A stretch of 64,000 nt of DNA from Octopus sinensis (taxonomy: Eukaryota). A model generated the notes under the pieces. The model worked only from the letters and a program-made list of their open reading frames with translations, had not been told where the DNA came from and did no database searches. Of this stretch, positions 40,419-53,880 are shown in pieces. Where the stretch lies: positions 4,464,001 to 4,528,000 of the forward strand of contig NC_043002.1 of assembly GCF_006345805.1 (NCBI RefSeq), written 5' to 3'. A program made the position numbers and the translations under genes. Numbering within the stretch: the first letter of the stretch is position 1; each line of letters begins with the position of its first letter.

Positions 40419-41388
40419 ATATATATGTATATATATCAATATATATACATATTTATATATATATATATATCAATATGTGTGTATATATATAAACATGTGT
40501 GTATGCGCCGCGTGTGTGTGCAAATCTATAGATGAATATATAAATATATACAAAAAATATGTATATAAATATATATCAATTTATATAAATAATATACAAA
40601 AAAAAAAACAGAACACGGTTGAAATGAAGTCGAGCTGTTTTGAGTCAGAGTATATTGAATTAATTATTCTGTTACTGCTTGCTTCTGATTAATGTTAATT
40701 AATCATGGATAAGTTCTTTTCAAGTTTGGTGGAGATTTTATCGAAAAAGATATTAGTGAGGTGTTATTTGTATTTAAATATTCATAGATAACCCAACACG
40801 AAACCTATAAACACAACACATCAATTAACATGAGCCGTGTTCTAGCCTGTGTACGTGTACTACATATGTGTATGTGTGTGTGTGTGTGTGTGTATATGTG
40901 TATGTGTGTGTGTGTGTATGTGTGTGTGTGTGTGTATGTGTGTACTTACACTATGTATGTATTCATATATGTATGCGTGGATATGTATACGTGTATATGA
41001 ATGAGTGCATATGTATATATATGTATATATGTGTGCTTTATTTACAGGAATCTATATATGTGTATGTATGTTTATATAATTGAGTGCATAATTATATGTA
41101 CATGCACATATACATATATACATATACTCACAAATGCACACACACACATGCCGCACACGCACACGCAAACATACACACATATACCTCATGCATATATGCA
41201 TACATGAAATATTACATATATATCGTGTCTATGTAAATCTTGCATATGGGTATATTTTGGTAGCATATATATATATATATAATATATATTATATATATAT
41301 ATATAATATATATATATTATATATTATATATATATATATATATACGTACATACATATCTACATGCATTTGCATAAACAAGTAAATATG

Positions 41389-41449
<61 letters not shown>

Positions 41450-42903
41450 GTGTGTGTGTGTGGTGTGTGGGTGTGTGTATGTGCTTGCGTGCGTTGAGAG
41501 TGTGCATGTATATTTTGTGTGTATAATGTATGCATGTCGAATCCATAGAAACTTGTATCTGTGTGTGTGTGTGTGCACATAAACATGTATAGACATATAT
41601 ATATATACATACATGAGGAAACAATGATTTACGATAGGGCTGATAAAACCGTGTGGGAACAATAACGCTGACATCCTGCGGAACTGTAGCGCAAAGCATG
41701 AATCTGTGTGAACGCATGCGTCCATATGCGTGCATGCAAATACGTATACAAGTGTGTGTATGTGTATGTGTAAGCTTGAATGTGAGTGTTTATATCTACG
41801 TGTGATGATTCCCCCTCATCTGTTTGTAAGGTAGAGCAATAAATGTTTATTAATTATCCCTAATATAGCCAATCCTATAGTAAAATGTCGGAGACCCTTT
41901 GATAATTAACCGTCACAAAATGGCGTATTATCATCGATTCTTGCAAACTAGCTTTTGGCGGCCATTTAGCTGAGCTTCATGAAAATAGAATGAAGTCATG
42001 ATGAAACAACAACAGCAGTAGCAGCAGCAGCAGTAGCAGCAGCAGCAATAGCATCAGTGACCACAATGGATATAAGGAAACAACGAGAGATTGCTACGTT
42101 GTCTTGTGACCTGCTCTAGTCAGCAGCCAAATCCAGGTTCAATTCATAACCCACCTTATTATACAAATAGAGGATACTGGTTTCATAAATATACCGAACT
42201 TATAGAGCGTTCTGTTCAGACACTCCTGATCTAGAGCTAAACACTGCCACCAGCATTTACAACAACAACAATAACGAGCTAATGTATGTCTTTACATTGC
42301 CGTTGACCTGCGAGAAATAGCAACCAAATCTCTTTCAAATCACACTCCACCGCCTAAGAAAAGAGGACACGATAGATACTGCAATTATAATCAGGAAATC
42401 AACCAGAAGCACCCAAGAAGCATAGTGTTCATCGTTAGAATGCCTTTGACATATGAGTCGATTCTCTTGAAGAATAACTTTCTTAACATTCTGCAAAAAT
42501 AAAAACTTCCTCATCATCAATGAGTTTATAGATGAAGATTTACACTCTTCAGCAAATCTTTGTTTATAGTATTTTGTATACAAAACTGCTCAAAAGTGTC
42601 AGCTATTCATCATATGCGAAAACAGGATCAAACCAATTGAAATTCTTTGGGTTACACATAGTCACACATTCAGCTTCTGTTTTTCCAACTATTATTTGTT
42701 TTTTCCTAATCATGCTCACTCTATCTTTCACTCTCCCTTTCACAATATTTCTCATCCAGTTTATTTTGTTTCCGCATAGGTGCTAAGGTCCGAAATATAA
42801 CTAACAAACTTTCCTCTTTCCTTGTAAACGTCATCAAATTAGGTTGACATTGTGTTGTTCTTTTAAATAACTTAACTATAGTTTTATATTTTACATCATA
42901 TGT

Positions 42904-42958
<55 letters not shown>

Positions 42959-43223
42959 ATATATAAATAAGGATAAGATCGTTATTTAAATACCGATCTT
43001 ATCAGATGCCCAGCATGGGAATAAAAACCTTCAAAGGTAATAATTATTATTAAAATTATAATTTAGGGTATCTAAGAGATACCACCAGATTTATCTGCTA
43101 TTTCCAGCGTGGTTGTATCTCTTAGATACCCTAAATTATAATTTATATATATATATATATATAATATATAATATATAATATAATATATATATATATATAT
43201 ATTATATTATATATATATATATA

Positions 43224-43930
43224 CGAGCAAAACGCCTCCCGTCTAGTGGACGGTGCTGAGTTGCCAAACATTTAAACCAAATTTTCTCAAAACAACTTGT
43301 CCGACCGTCCCGTAGGCCTTCCCTTTGAGAAACACTGATTTAAACTAAATTTGAGACACCAGCAAAAGAAGAAATAAAGATAGACTTTTTACTATTCCAA
43401 AGAAAAACGATTTTATCCACACAAATATGCAACCAAAGAGTTTAAAGTACCAGTAATGATAAGGTTGTTGACTGGGAGAACACAAACATGGTTTAAACAG
43501 TAAGCTTGGCAGGAAAGAAACGTACCCTTAAGCAATACAAAAACAACAAAAAATGGAAGGTGCAGTTATGAACAGGTTGACGGAAGAAAAGCGGGACAAA
43601 AACGATGCATGCAAATGGGTTAGCTGGAGGTAAGTCGAGATGGAAAAAAATGATGATTTTTTTGCGCAAACTGCACGTGCATTTTTCTCAAGTACGGTAG
43701 TATCGATCGCAACAGCTGATGTACTTCTGCGTACAAATGCATGTTCTCACGGCTTTATCGATCGCATTCTCATCTGGAATCAATTTTTGTAATTTTTTCA
43801 AGACTTAATACATACTCTGATACCGTGGGTATCTACATATCAAATTTGAGCGCAATCGGATGGAGGATGCCCGAGATCCGAGAAGACACCCAGACGGACA
43901 GAACGGATTTTATATAATATAATATGATAT
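43224..43930 (-). mobile_element. Degraded non-autonomous Helitron
   Basis: Minus strand starts ...ATTATATAAAATCCGTTCTGTCCGTCTG and ends with hairpin CCGTC-CACTA-GACGG then CTCG|T (CTAG variant). Confidence 0.4.
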
Positions 43931-44114
43931 AATATAATATAATATAATATAATATATATATATGTGTGTGTGTGTGTCTATTTTTTAAATTTTTTACTTA
44001 TGTTACTCACTGGAATGTGGCCATGCTGGTGCACCAATTTAAAGTGTTTAGTGGAACTGGCTGGTACATATATCGATCACTTTTGCCGAACTGTTAGTTT
44101 ACACACATATGAAC

Positions 44115-44146
<32 letters not shown>

Positions 44147-44166
44147 GCATATGTATAGTATATGCA

Positions 44167-44205
<39 letters not shown>

Positions 44206-44528
44206 ATATATATAATGTGTGTGTGTGTGTGCATGTGTGTATATACACACATACATATAAACATGCATACAGACACATAGACAGACAGACAGATGTGCTT
44301 ACGTAAATATTTAAACATATGTTTTGCTGGTTTCAGTCAATGAACTGTGGTAATGCTGGGCATTATATTGGACCCTATTCTTATCGATTAGCGTAGCTGA
44401 ATCTATATATCCATTTAACCCCGTCCGCTCTATCTCTCCTCTTGCATCCCCTTTCTATCCCCAAATTTCATCATTCTCCTTGTCTCTTATATTTCATCGG
44501 TATATATCTATGCAGAATGTATATATGC

Positions 44529-44583
<55 letters not shown>

Positions 44584-44586
<3 letters not shown>

Positions 44587-44877
44587 TAACCAAGTACTCC
44601 AAATTCAAAGTGGAAATGGCCAGACTGTATGGAATGCAAGAGGGTAATGTAAAAGTGATACCAGCGGTGATCGGAGCGTTGGGCTCAATCCCATTGAAAC
44701 TTCAAGATTTCGTAAGGCAACTGGAAATCCCATGTAAGATTGATGTCTTGCAAAAAGCAGCCTTATTGGGCACAGCGCACACCTTACGGAAAGTATTATC
44801 TGTCTGAGGTCCTTGTTGTGACTTGACGGATGACTAAAGACTCCGGGGCATTTTCACCTACACTGTGTTACGAAGGA
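44584..44877 (+). mobile_element. 5'-truncated R4/Dong LINE (REL C-terminus and 3' UTR) embedded in (AAT)n
   Basis: KITKYSKFKVEMARLY...VKVIPAVIGALGSIP...LQKAALLGTAHTLRKVLSV*; (AAT)n on both sides. Confidence 0.85.
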
Positions 44878-45225
<348 letters not shown>

Positions 45226-45469
45226 AATATATAAAATACACTTTAATTGAAATACAGTTTCCCCCAAAATTAAACATATCTAAATATTATTATATTTAGA
45301 TATGTTTAATTTGAATGTCAGTGTGTCACACTTTTTTACTCCTAGAGGCCGTAGCCCAACATATCATACCATTTTGGAATCAGGCTGATCCCGAGAATAA
45401 ATTAAAAAGATTCTGGGCTGAATCCCGTCCTGCAATCCTGAAATTTTGGTTTCCTATGTTTTTCATTAC

Positions 45470-45640
45470 TGCGATTGTTTTCGGCGACTTTCTTCAACAT
45501 GAATTTTAGCGACGAATCTGATCATGATTGGGATATGACTCTGGCGGAAGCAATCGCAACAAATTCTCAAAAACAAGTCGGAGATCTGTTTGCAGATCTT
45601 CCCATTTCGTTCTTTAAATCACTGCTCTGTACACGACCAA
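45470..45640 (+). pseudogene. Possible Helitron Rep/helicase fragment
   Basis: ESDHDWDMTLAEAIATNSQKQVGDLFA resembles the D..W...L.EA.....QLR.LFA motif of Helitron RepHel proteins (from memory). Confidence 0.4.
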
Positions 45641-45704
45641 CACTTTGTTCAGAAGCATACGTATATTGAGGTTATAACATATAAAATATCCAAGTAAAAT
45701 GTTG

Positions 45705-45954
45705 AAATATATTCTTTTGTTCTTCCATTTGTTTCAGTCATTTGACTCCGGCCATGATGCAGCACCGCCTTAAAGGGTTTTCTAATCGAAAAAAATCAAC
45801 TCAGGTACATATTTTTTGCAAGCCTAGTACTTATTCTATCGCCCTCTTTCGCCCAACCGCTAGGTTACGGGGACATAAACACACCAACATCGATTGTGTA
45901 GTGAGGGTAGTAGACAAACAAAGACACAAACGCACACACATATAAACACAATCA

Positions 45955-45995
<41 letters not shown>

Positions 45996-46095
45996 TGTGC
46001 GCGTATGTGTGCGTGTGTAAGCGTGTGTGTGTACGACTGGCTACCAGCCCGAGACTATAGTCCAAGGTGCCATGTAGTGAAACTGAACTTGGGAC
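45705..46095 (-). mobile_element. SINE family A, diverged
   Basis: Tail and degraded head motifs. Confidence 0.7.
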
Positions 46096-46149
46096 CATGT
46101 GGGAAGCAAATGTATTTATATGTATATGTATATGTATAAGCGCAGTCAT

Positions 46150-46306
46150 GACTGTGTGGTAAGAAGCTTACTTTTTGGTTCGGTTTCAGTCTCACTGTGT
46201 GGCACCTTGGGTAAGTGTCTTGGACAAGCCTCGGGCCGCCCATAGCCTAGTGAGTGGATTTGGTGGACGGAAACTAAAAGAAGCCCGTCGTATATATATA
46301 TATAAC

Positions 46307-46337
<31 letters not shown>

Positions 46338-46670
46338 AAGAGAGAGAGAGGGTGAGAGAGAGAGAAAAATGCATGTATGTATATATTTGTGTGTGTCTTT
46401 GTATCTGTCAATGTATCCCCACCATCGCTTGACATCCGATGTTGGTGTATTTATATATATATGTATGTATGCATATATGTAAGTATATGTAATTTTGCAT
46501 TTGTATCTATCTGTGTGCCCCCCCCCATCGCCTGACAAATGATGTAGACCGATAGTATAAGTAATTACTAAGCTTACAAGTTCAAGTCCTGGAGTCGATT
46601 GCTTCGGCTAAAAAATCTCTTTAAAGCGGTGCTCCAGCATGGGCGTAGTCAAATGACTGAAATCAGTAAA
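46150..46670 (+). mobile_element. SINE family A copy
   Basis: Head, internal microsatellite, tail. Confidence 0.8.
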
Positions 46671-46763
46671 GAAATAATATACATTCATGCACACATTTGT
46701 ACGTATTTACGTGTGTGTGTGTGTGTGTGTTTGTGTATTTATGTGTATATGTATGTGTGTGTT

Positions 46764-46811
<48 letters not shown>

Positions 46812-47076
46812 CTTTTCCTTTTACGTGTGTGTTCTGCTGAATATCGGTTTTCAGGTTTAAACTATGAAGAGAAAGAATAAGAAAATATAGGACAAGAAAA
46901 TTAACGGAGAAGATTGGGGCTTGGCCTATATTAGCCACGCCCCTCTCCATAAAGCAGCCGGCCGGAAGGCTTGCATAAAGAAGATGGCTTACATAAAGCG
47001 CTAAGAATGTTTTTATTAACATTTCGTGCACACACACACACACACACACACACTGACAGAGAGAGAGAGAGAGGGA

Positions 47077-47139
<63 letters not shown>

Positions 47140-47207
47140 AGACAGGCATAACATAAAAATATACACAGAACATAAGAATATACAAACTCACTCATAACTC
47201 ACTCATA

Positions 47208-47620
47208 GGCGCAGGAGTGGCTGTGTGGTAAGTAGCTTGCTTACCAACCACATGGTTCCGGGTTCAGTCCCACTGCGTGGCATCTTGGGCAAGTGTCTTC
47301 TGCTATAGCCTCGGGCCGACCAAAGTGGATTTGGTAGACGGAAACTGAAAGAAGCCTGTCGTATATATGTATATATATATATATGTGTTTGTGTGTCTGT
47401 GTTTGTACCCCTAGCATTGCTTGACAACCGATGCTGGTGTGTTTACGTCCCCGTCTCTTAGCGGTTCGGCAAAAGGGACCGATAGAATAAATACTGGGCT
47501 TACAAAGAATAAGTCCCGGGGTCGATTTGCTCGACTAAAGGCGGTGCTCCAGCATGGCCGCAGTCAAATGACTGAAACAAGTAAAAGAGTAAAGAGTAAA
47601 GAGTAAAGAGTAAAAGAGTG
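47208..47620 (+). mobile_element. SINE family A near-consensus copy with (AAAGAGT)n tail
   Basis: GGCGCAGGAGTGGCTGTGTGG...GAAACAAGTAAAAGAGTAAAGAGT. Confidence 0.9.
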
Positions 47621-47909
47621 TAACTCACAAACACTCTCCTTCGTTCTCTCCTTCCTTCTCTCCTTCCTTCTCTTATCTTTCTCGTTATTACTTCGTGAGT
47701 TGCATTTATTTCGCTTTCTTTTGCTTCAGTCCCCCTCTCTCTCTCTTACTCTGTCTCTCTTTACCTCTCTTTCCTTCTTCTCTCTTTTACCCTCTCTCCT
47801 CTTCTTGCCTCTCGCTTTCTCCCTCTTCATCTTTACATACATACATACACATTTATACAGATATAATGCATATATATTATGTTTATATATATATATATAT
47901 ATATATGTG

Positions 47910-47949
<40 letters not shown>

Positions 47950-47992
47950 ATACATATATATATACACACACGCGTATATATATGTGTGTGTG

Positions 47993-48530
47993 TGGCTGTG
48001 TGGTAAGTAGCTTGCTTACTAGCCACATGGCACCATGTTCAATCCCACTGCGTGGCACCATGGGCAAGTGTCTTCTGCTATAGCTTCGGGCCGAACAAAC
48101 AAAGCCTTGTGAGTGGATACTGAAGGAAGCCCGATGTATATATATATATATGTGTGTGTGTGTGTGAGTGTGTGTATATATATATTATATTATATATATA
48201 TATATATTATATAATATATATAATATATATATACACATATATATATACATTATATATATACACATATATATATACATATATAATCATATACATATATAAT
48301 ATATATGTATATATGTATATATATATATGTATGTATGTGAATATGTTTGTGCATCTGCGTTTGTCCCCCTCCCCAACATCACTTGACAACCGATGCTGGT
48401 GTGTTTACTTCCCCGTAACCTGGCGGTTCTGCAAAAGTGATCGACAGAATAAGTTCTAGGGTTGATTTGCTCGACTAAAGGTGGTGCTCCAGTATGACCA
48501 CCGCTGCACGGCTGAAACGAGTAAAAGAGT
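47993..48530 (+). mobile_element. SINE family A copy
   Basis: Head, long internal (TA)n, partly deleted tail. Confidence 0.8.
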
Positions 48531-48602
48531 ATATACGTAGACTAGCTTAAAAACCGCCATATTATTTCCAATCCTGTAAATAATAATTATGGTATTTTTA
48601 TT

Positions 48603-48822
48603 TAAGCTTAAAGCTAATGGCGATCGCCGTGCAATGACTAAGGAAAATAGTCTAATTAAGGGGCAGATAAGCTCCCGACAGAAAAAAGAAGCCTTCCTAT
48701 ACGCATGGGAGTCGACCACACGAATAGGAAAGACTTCTTTTTTCTGTCGGGAGCTTATCTGCCCCTTAATTAGACTATTTTCCTTAGTCATTGCACGGCG
48801 ATCGCCATTAGCTTTAAGCTTA
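48603..48822. mobile_element. 220-bp hairpin/MITE-like element with perfect 89-bp arms
   Basis: 48603-48691 is the exact reverse complement of 48734-48822; TA at both ends. Confidence 0.85.
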
Positions 48823-49017
48823 TTCATTTTATTTTATTTTATCTAGTTTCAGCTCACGACCCGTGGCCATGCTGGGGCACCGCCATTTGGTGTTGCTACA
48901 TGATTTTACTTCACGAATGCTTTTTAGCAATTGCATGAGAGAGTTCGATGCAGCTGCTCTCATCTGCACCTCCTGCCGTATAAAAATACCTATATATATA
49001 TATATATATATAGATAT

Positions 49018-49060
<43 letters not shown>

Positions 49061-49100
49061 CATATATATAAATGGTATTTCTATATGTAAGGTATACTAT

Positions 49101-49241
49101 AGTACCTGCATCACTAAAAATAGCTGGCAAAAATACTTCTTTGCCACGGAAAAATCACAAAAAACATACAGGCATGGTATCTTGTGACTTTTCCATGGCA
49201 CACAGGTATTTTTGACTTCTGTTTTTAGCGATGAAGGTACT
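49101..49241. repeat. Old imperfect inverted repeat (MITE relic)
   Basis: AGTACC..CATC.CTAAAAA..CAAAAATAC..TGCCA.GGAAAA.TCACAA is mirrored after a spacer of about 21 nt. Confidence 0.6.
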
Positions 49242-49262
49242 CATGTAGTACCCTTGTGTGTG

Positions 49263-49295
<33 letters not shown>

Positions 49296-49499
49296 CATAT
49301 ATATGTATATAGGAAAAAAGCAACAAGAATTGTTGCTTTTTTCCTATTTGTAACCACCCCACTTTGTCGTATGGTTAACACCATATAGATTTCTGGTGCA
49401 TCCAAGTTAAGTACCATATTCATGTGAATTCATTAGAACTCACTGGAATCTTAATTGCTTAAACCGAATATATATGTATATAAGCACATGTCTTCATAC

Positions 49500-49707
49500 T
49501 CTTTCATTTGTTTCAGACTTTTCATTGCGAGCATGCTGGAGCACCGCCTTTAGTCGAACTAATCGACCCAGAACTTATTCTTTGAAAACCTAGTGCTTAT
49601 TCTATCGATCATCTTTGCCGAACCGATAGAATTAGGGGATGTAGACACGCTAACATCGGTTGTCAAGCGATGGTGGAGGGTGGGGGACAAACACAGACAC
49701 TCAAAGA

Positions 49708-49742
<35 letters not shown>

Positions 49743-49746
49743 TCTA

Positions 49747-49841
<95 letters not shown>

Positions 49842-50080
49842 GACAAGCGTCATTCAGCTTTTTATTAACCTTACAGACAACAAACGAATTCCTGAAATAA
49901 ATCCAGTGGCATATACCTCTACAGTGTTGTTGACATCAGGTAGCCGAATACCGAATACGCAGAAAGCTGCTTTGGTCGGCCCGCGGCTATAGCAGAAGAC
50001 ACTTGCCCAAGGTGGCACGCAGTGGGACTGAACCAGAAGTGTGTGGCTAGTAAACAAGCTATTTACCACACAGCCACCAG
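49500..50080 (-). mobile_element. SINE family A copy
   Basis: Tail, microsatellite, extra unique insert, head. Confidence 0.75.
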
Positions 50081-50119
50081 CCACGTTTGTATGTATGTGT
50101 ATGTGTGGTGGTGGGGGGG

Positions 50120-50410
50120 GGAGGCGCAATAGCCGAGTGGTTAGGGAAGCGGACTCGCGGTCGTAGGATCGCGGTTTCGATTCCCAGATCGGGCGTTGTG
50201 AGTGTTTATTGAGCGGAAACACCTAAAGCTCCACGGGTGGTGGTGAACCCTGCTGTACTCTTTCACCACAACTTTCTCTCACTCTTTCTTCTGTTGGCCT
50301 GCTCGCTTAGCCAGCGGGGTGGCGTGATTTGAAGGCCAAAACAATACGAAGCGCATTGTGCCAGCGATGCGTGGGAAACATCTGATAGCCTGGTCGATCA
50401 CGTGATCACG
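50120..50410 (+). mobile_element. SINE family C (tail type 2)
   Basis: GGAGGCGCAATAGCCGAGTGGTTAGG head; tail matches 21758-21870. Confidence 0.85.
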
Positions 50411-50423
50411 TAATATATATATA

Positions 50424-50464
<41 letters not shown>

Positions 50465-50699
50465 GCATGTACGTTGTATGTATGTGTGTTTGTATGTGTA
50501 TGTGTTGTGAGTGTGTTTGATTATTAATTAGTTGCGTATTGTTTGTATGTACATACTTTGCAGCTGTGTCATATAATTTAAAGATTTTTGCCAAAATCGG
50601 ATTTGTTTTCTTTGTACCTTGCGTCGATGCGATCGGCGTCGCCTATGAATGTATATTGAAAATATTATAAATGTGTGTGTGTATATGCATGTATATACA

Positions 50700-51364
50700 T
50701 ACTTGTTTCTGTCATTAGATTGCAGCAATGCTGGAGCACCCGTTTGAAGGACTTTTAGTCGAATGAATCAACTTTAGTACTCAATTTTAAGCCTGGCACT
50801 TATTCCATCACTCTTTTCTTGCCGAACCGCCAGGTTACGGGGACATAAACACACCCACACCGGCTGTGTAGCGGTGGAAGATTACAAACGCAGATACACA
50901 CACACGCACAAACATACACACACACACACACACACACTCATAGACACACACTCACGCGCACACTCACACATATCCGACGGGCTTTTCTTAGTTTCTGCCT
51001 GCAAGATCTCATGGTTTGGACTGAACCCGAAACCATGTGGTTAGGAAGCAAACTCCTTAGCACAGGGTCACTCCTGTGCACTTGTTGCCCCTTTACCTGT
51101 CTTCGTCTTTTGTTTTCTGTAAATTCGTGCTATTGATATATTTACTCTTTTACTCCTTTTCTTGTTTCAGTTATTTTGACTGCAGCCATGCTGGAGCACC
51201 GCCTTTAGTCGAGCAAATCGACCCCAGGACTTATTCTTTGTAAGCCTAGTACTTATTCTATCGGTCTCTTTTGCCGAACCACTAAGTTACGAGGACGTAA
51301 CCACACCATCATCGGTTGTCAAGCGATGTTGGCGGGGAACAAACACAGACACACAGACACACAG

Positions 51365-51420
<56 letters not shown>

Positions 51421-51560
51421 ATATACGATGAGCTTCTTTCAGTATCTGTCTACCAAATCCACTCGCAAGGCTTTGGTTGGCCCGAGGCTACAGTAGAAGA
51501 CAATTGCCCAAGATGCCACGCAGTGGAACTGAACCCGGAACCATGTGGTTGGTAAGCCAC
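50700..51560 (-). mobile_element. Two tandem SINE family A copies (50700-51075, 51130-51560)
   Basis: Family motifs on the minus strand. Confidence 0.8.
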
Positions 51561-52191
51561 ATGTGTGTTTGTGTGCGTGTACGTACGTGTGTGTGCGTCC
51601 TTCGTGGCTCCCTGCACCTTGATTCGTGGACAGTCACAGATACACACCTACACGCACGCATACGCACACAGACATACACACACACTCGAATATATATTTA
51701 TGTAATGCAAGTGAGAGATATTTACACGCATACACACACACACTCATACACACAGACACACATACATATATATAAGTACTAAGGGTAAACATTATTATTA
51801 AAAATGACAATTTATGCCAGTGGCCACTATACGAAAAAAAAGCATCCAAGGGCTGCAAATTATATCATTCTTTGGATATTTGTAGAAGGGAAAGATCTTA
51901 AATTTTCCTTCTCCACATGTATTCCAAAAATTCCACTGAGTAAACACCTAGATACATGTGGAGAAGGAACATTTACGATCTTTCCCTTCTACAAATGTGC
52001 AAAGAATGACACCGCCTTCACGAGGAATATGGAAAATACTTCATAACAAAGTTCTCCTCCAAATTGAATGGCTGAAAAATTTCTATAATATTTTGTACAA
52101 GATGAAGGACCAATTTTGTAAAGTAAATTGTTTTAAACACACAGACACACACACACCACACACACACACACACACACAACACACACAGTAC

Positions 52192-52241
<50 letters not shown>

Positions 52242-52445
52242 TACACATATGTACATATACATAAATAAAAACAATCTTTCATCCAGATTCTCCAACCCAT
52301 ATTAACACTGGAATCAAACACTGGGTTGAAAGAACTGAACAGCGGTATAGATGTCAACACAATTTACACCGCTTTCAGATACACAGGCACCCACACGCAC
52401 GTGCGCGTGCACACACGCGTACATAAACACACACACACACACACA

Positions 52446-52488
<43 letters not shown>

Positions 52489-52959
52489 CAACGATAAAAA
52501 GAAATCCAGACAATTTTTTGAAAAGTGACATTTGGCCCCCCTTGGAGTGACCAGCTAGGTTTGCCATTTCTAAAAGCCAAGAATCATTTACTATTGAAAG
52601 ACTGACCAGCTGCAAAGATATCAACAAATTTTTGTCTTTTTTCTCCTTCTTCCTTTCCTTCTCTTTTTCTTTAACCATACTTTCAAATACAAGCATACGC
52701 ACACGCCCACATACACACACACACGCTCTCTCTCACTTTCTCCCCATTCCTCACCCTCTTGTACTATCTTATATCTCTCCCCACCCCTACACACTCAATA
52801 ATACTATAAAACGAGACAAAATTCCTGCAAAAGTTCAATTTGACAACTCCACTAGAGTGGACGAAAGCGCTTATATATGATATATGATTTATAAAAACAT
52901 GTAACATACTAATAAATATCTGTAAATATAAAACCATCAAGAGTACCTCATTTCTTCTA

Positions 52960-52992
<33 letters not shown>

Positions 52993-53149
52993 ATATATAT
53001 ATACAGAAATGCAGGAAGTAAATAGACACCTTTAATTTTCAAAATTTCTGATCTAAGCATCTTAATATGTTTTCAGCAGTGCAGAGTTTACAATGTAATT
53101 GTTCTTTTTCATTCCAGGTGCCATTATATTAAACATTTGCGAAGAATAA

Positions 53150-53880
53150 CCATACAATGCACAAAAAATTAAGCAGAACTGTCAGATTTCTAAAGTAGTC
53201 GTATTGTTGGGCAATCTGAGGATGGTCTCAGCCAGCGAAAAATTGACGAAAATCTTCAAATTACTCTTACTACTGTTAATAGAATTATAGTGCAATTCAA
53301 AAGCCAAGGAAAAGAACCAACAGATTTTTGTCCCGGCCGACCTGGACCCTCGGAAAGGAAGCTTCACAGTTTGAAAAGAATTGTGGAAAACGAACCCCGT
53401 TCAAAGGCTTCTGACATTGCAAAACAGCTAGAAGTTAGTCCAAGAACGTGTATTTGCATAAGCTTGAGTATTATGGACGAGCAGATAGAAGAAAACCTCT
53501 TTCAACCAATTAATATCATGAAAAGAAAGAAATGGGCTAAGATGTCAGAAAAATCCAGTTCATTTTGGGACAGAGTGTTTTCTCAGATGAATCCAAATTT
53601 GCATTCTTTTCAGACAGTGGACGTGTTTGGGTCTGAAGGCTTTCCAATCGAGAATTTGATTTGAAACAACTCCAACCAACTGTGAAACATGGTGGTATCT
53701 CTGTAATGGTATGGGGAGCTGTCACCAGCAATGGTCGTTCTGAGCTGATTGAATGTGTTGGAACCATTAATTCTGAAAAATACATTGAAATACTTAAGCA
53801 AATACTATTTACGATGTATTCACATGATAACATAATGAAAAATGAGTTTTTATTCATGGAAGATGGGGCTCTCGAAATGC
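53150..53880 (+). pseudogene. Tc1-like (probably DD34E) transposase relic, 3'-truncated
   Basis: EDGLSQRKI...TTVNRII..GRPG; FSDESKF; QPTVKHGGISVMVWG; INSEKYIEIL; LFMEDGA. Confidence 0.85.

Noticed and set aside
48456-48846. Two near-identical ORFs on opposite strands
   Set aside because: A direct consequence of the palindrome; no coding evidence.
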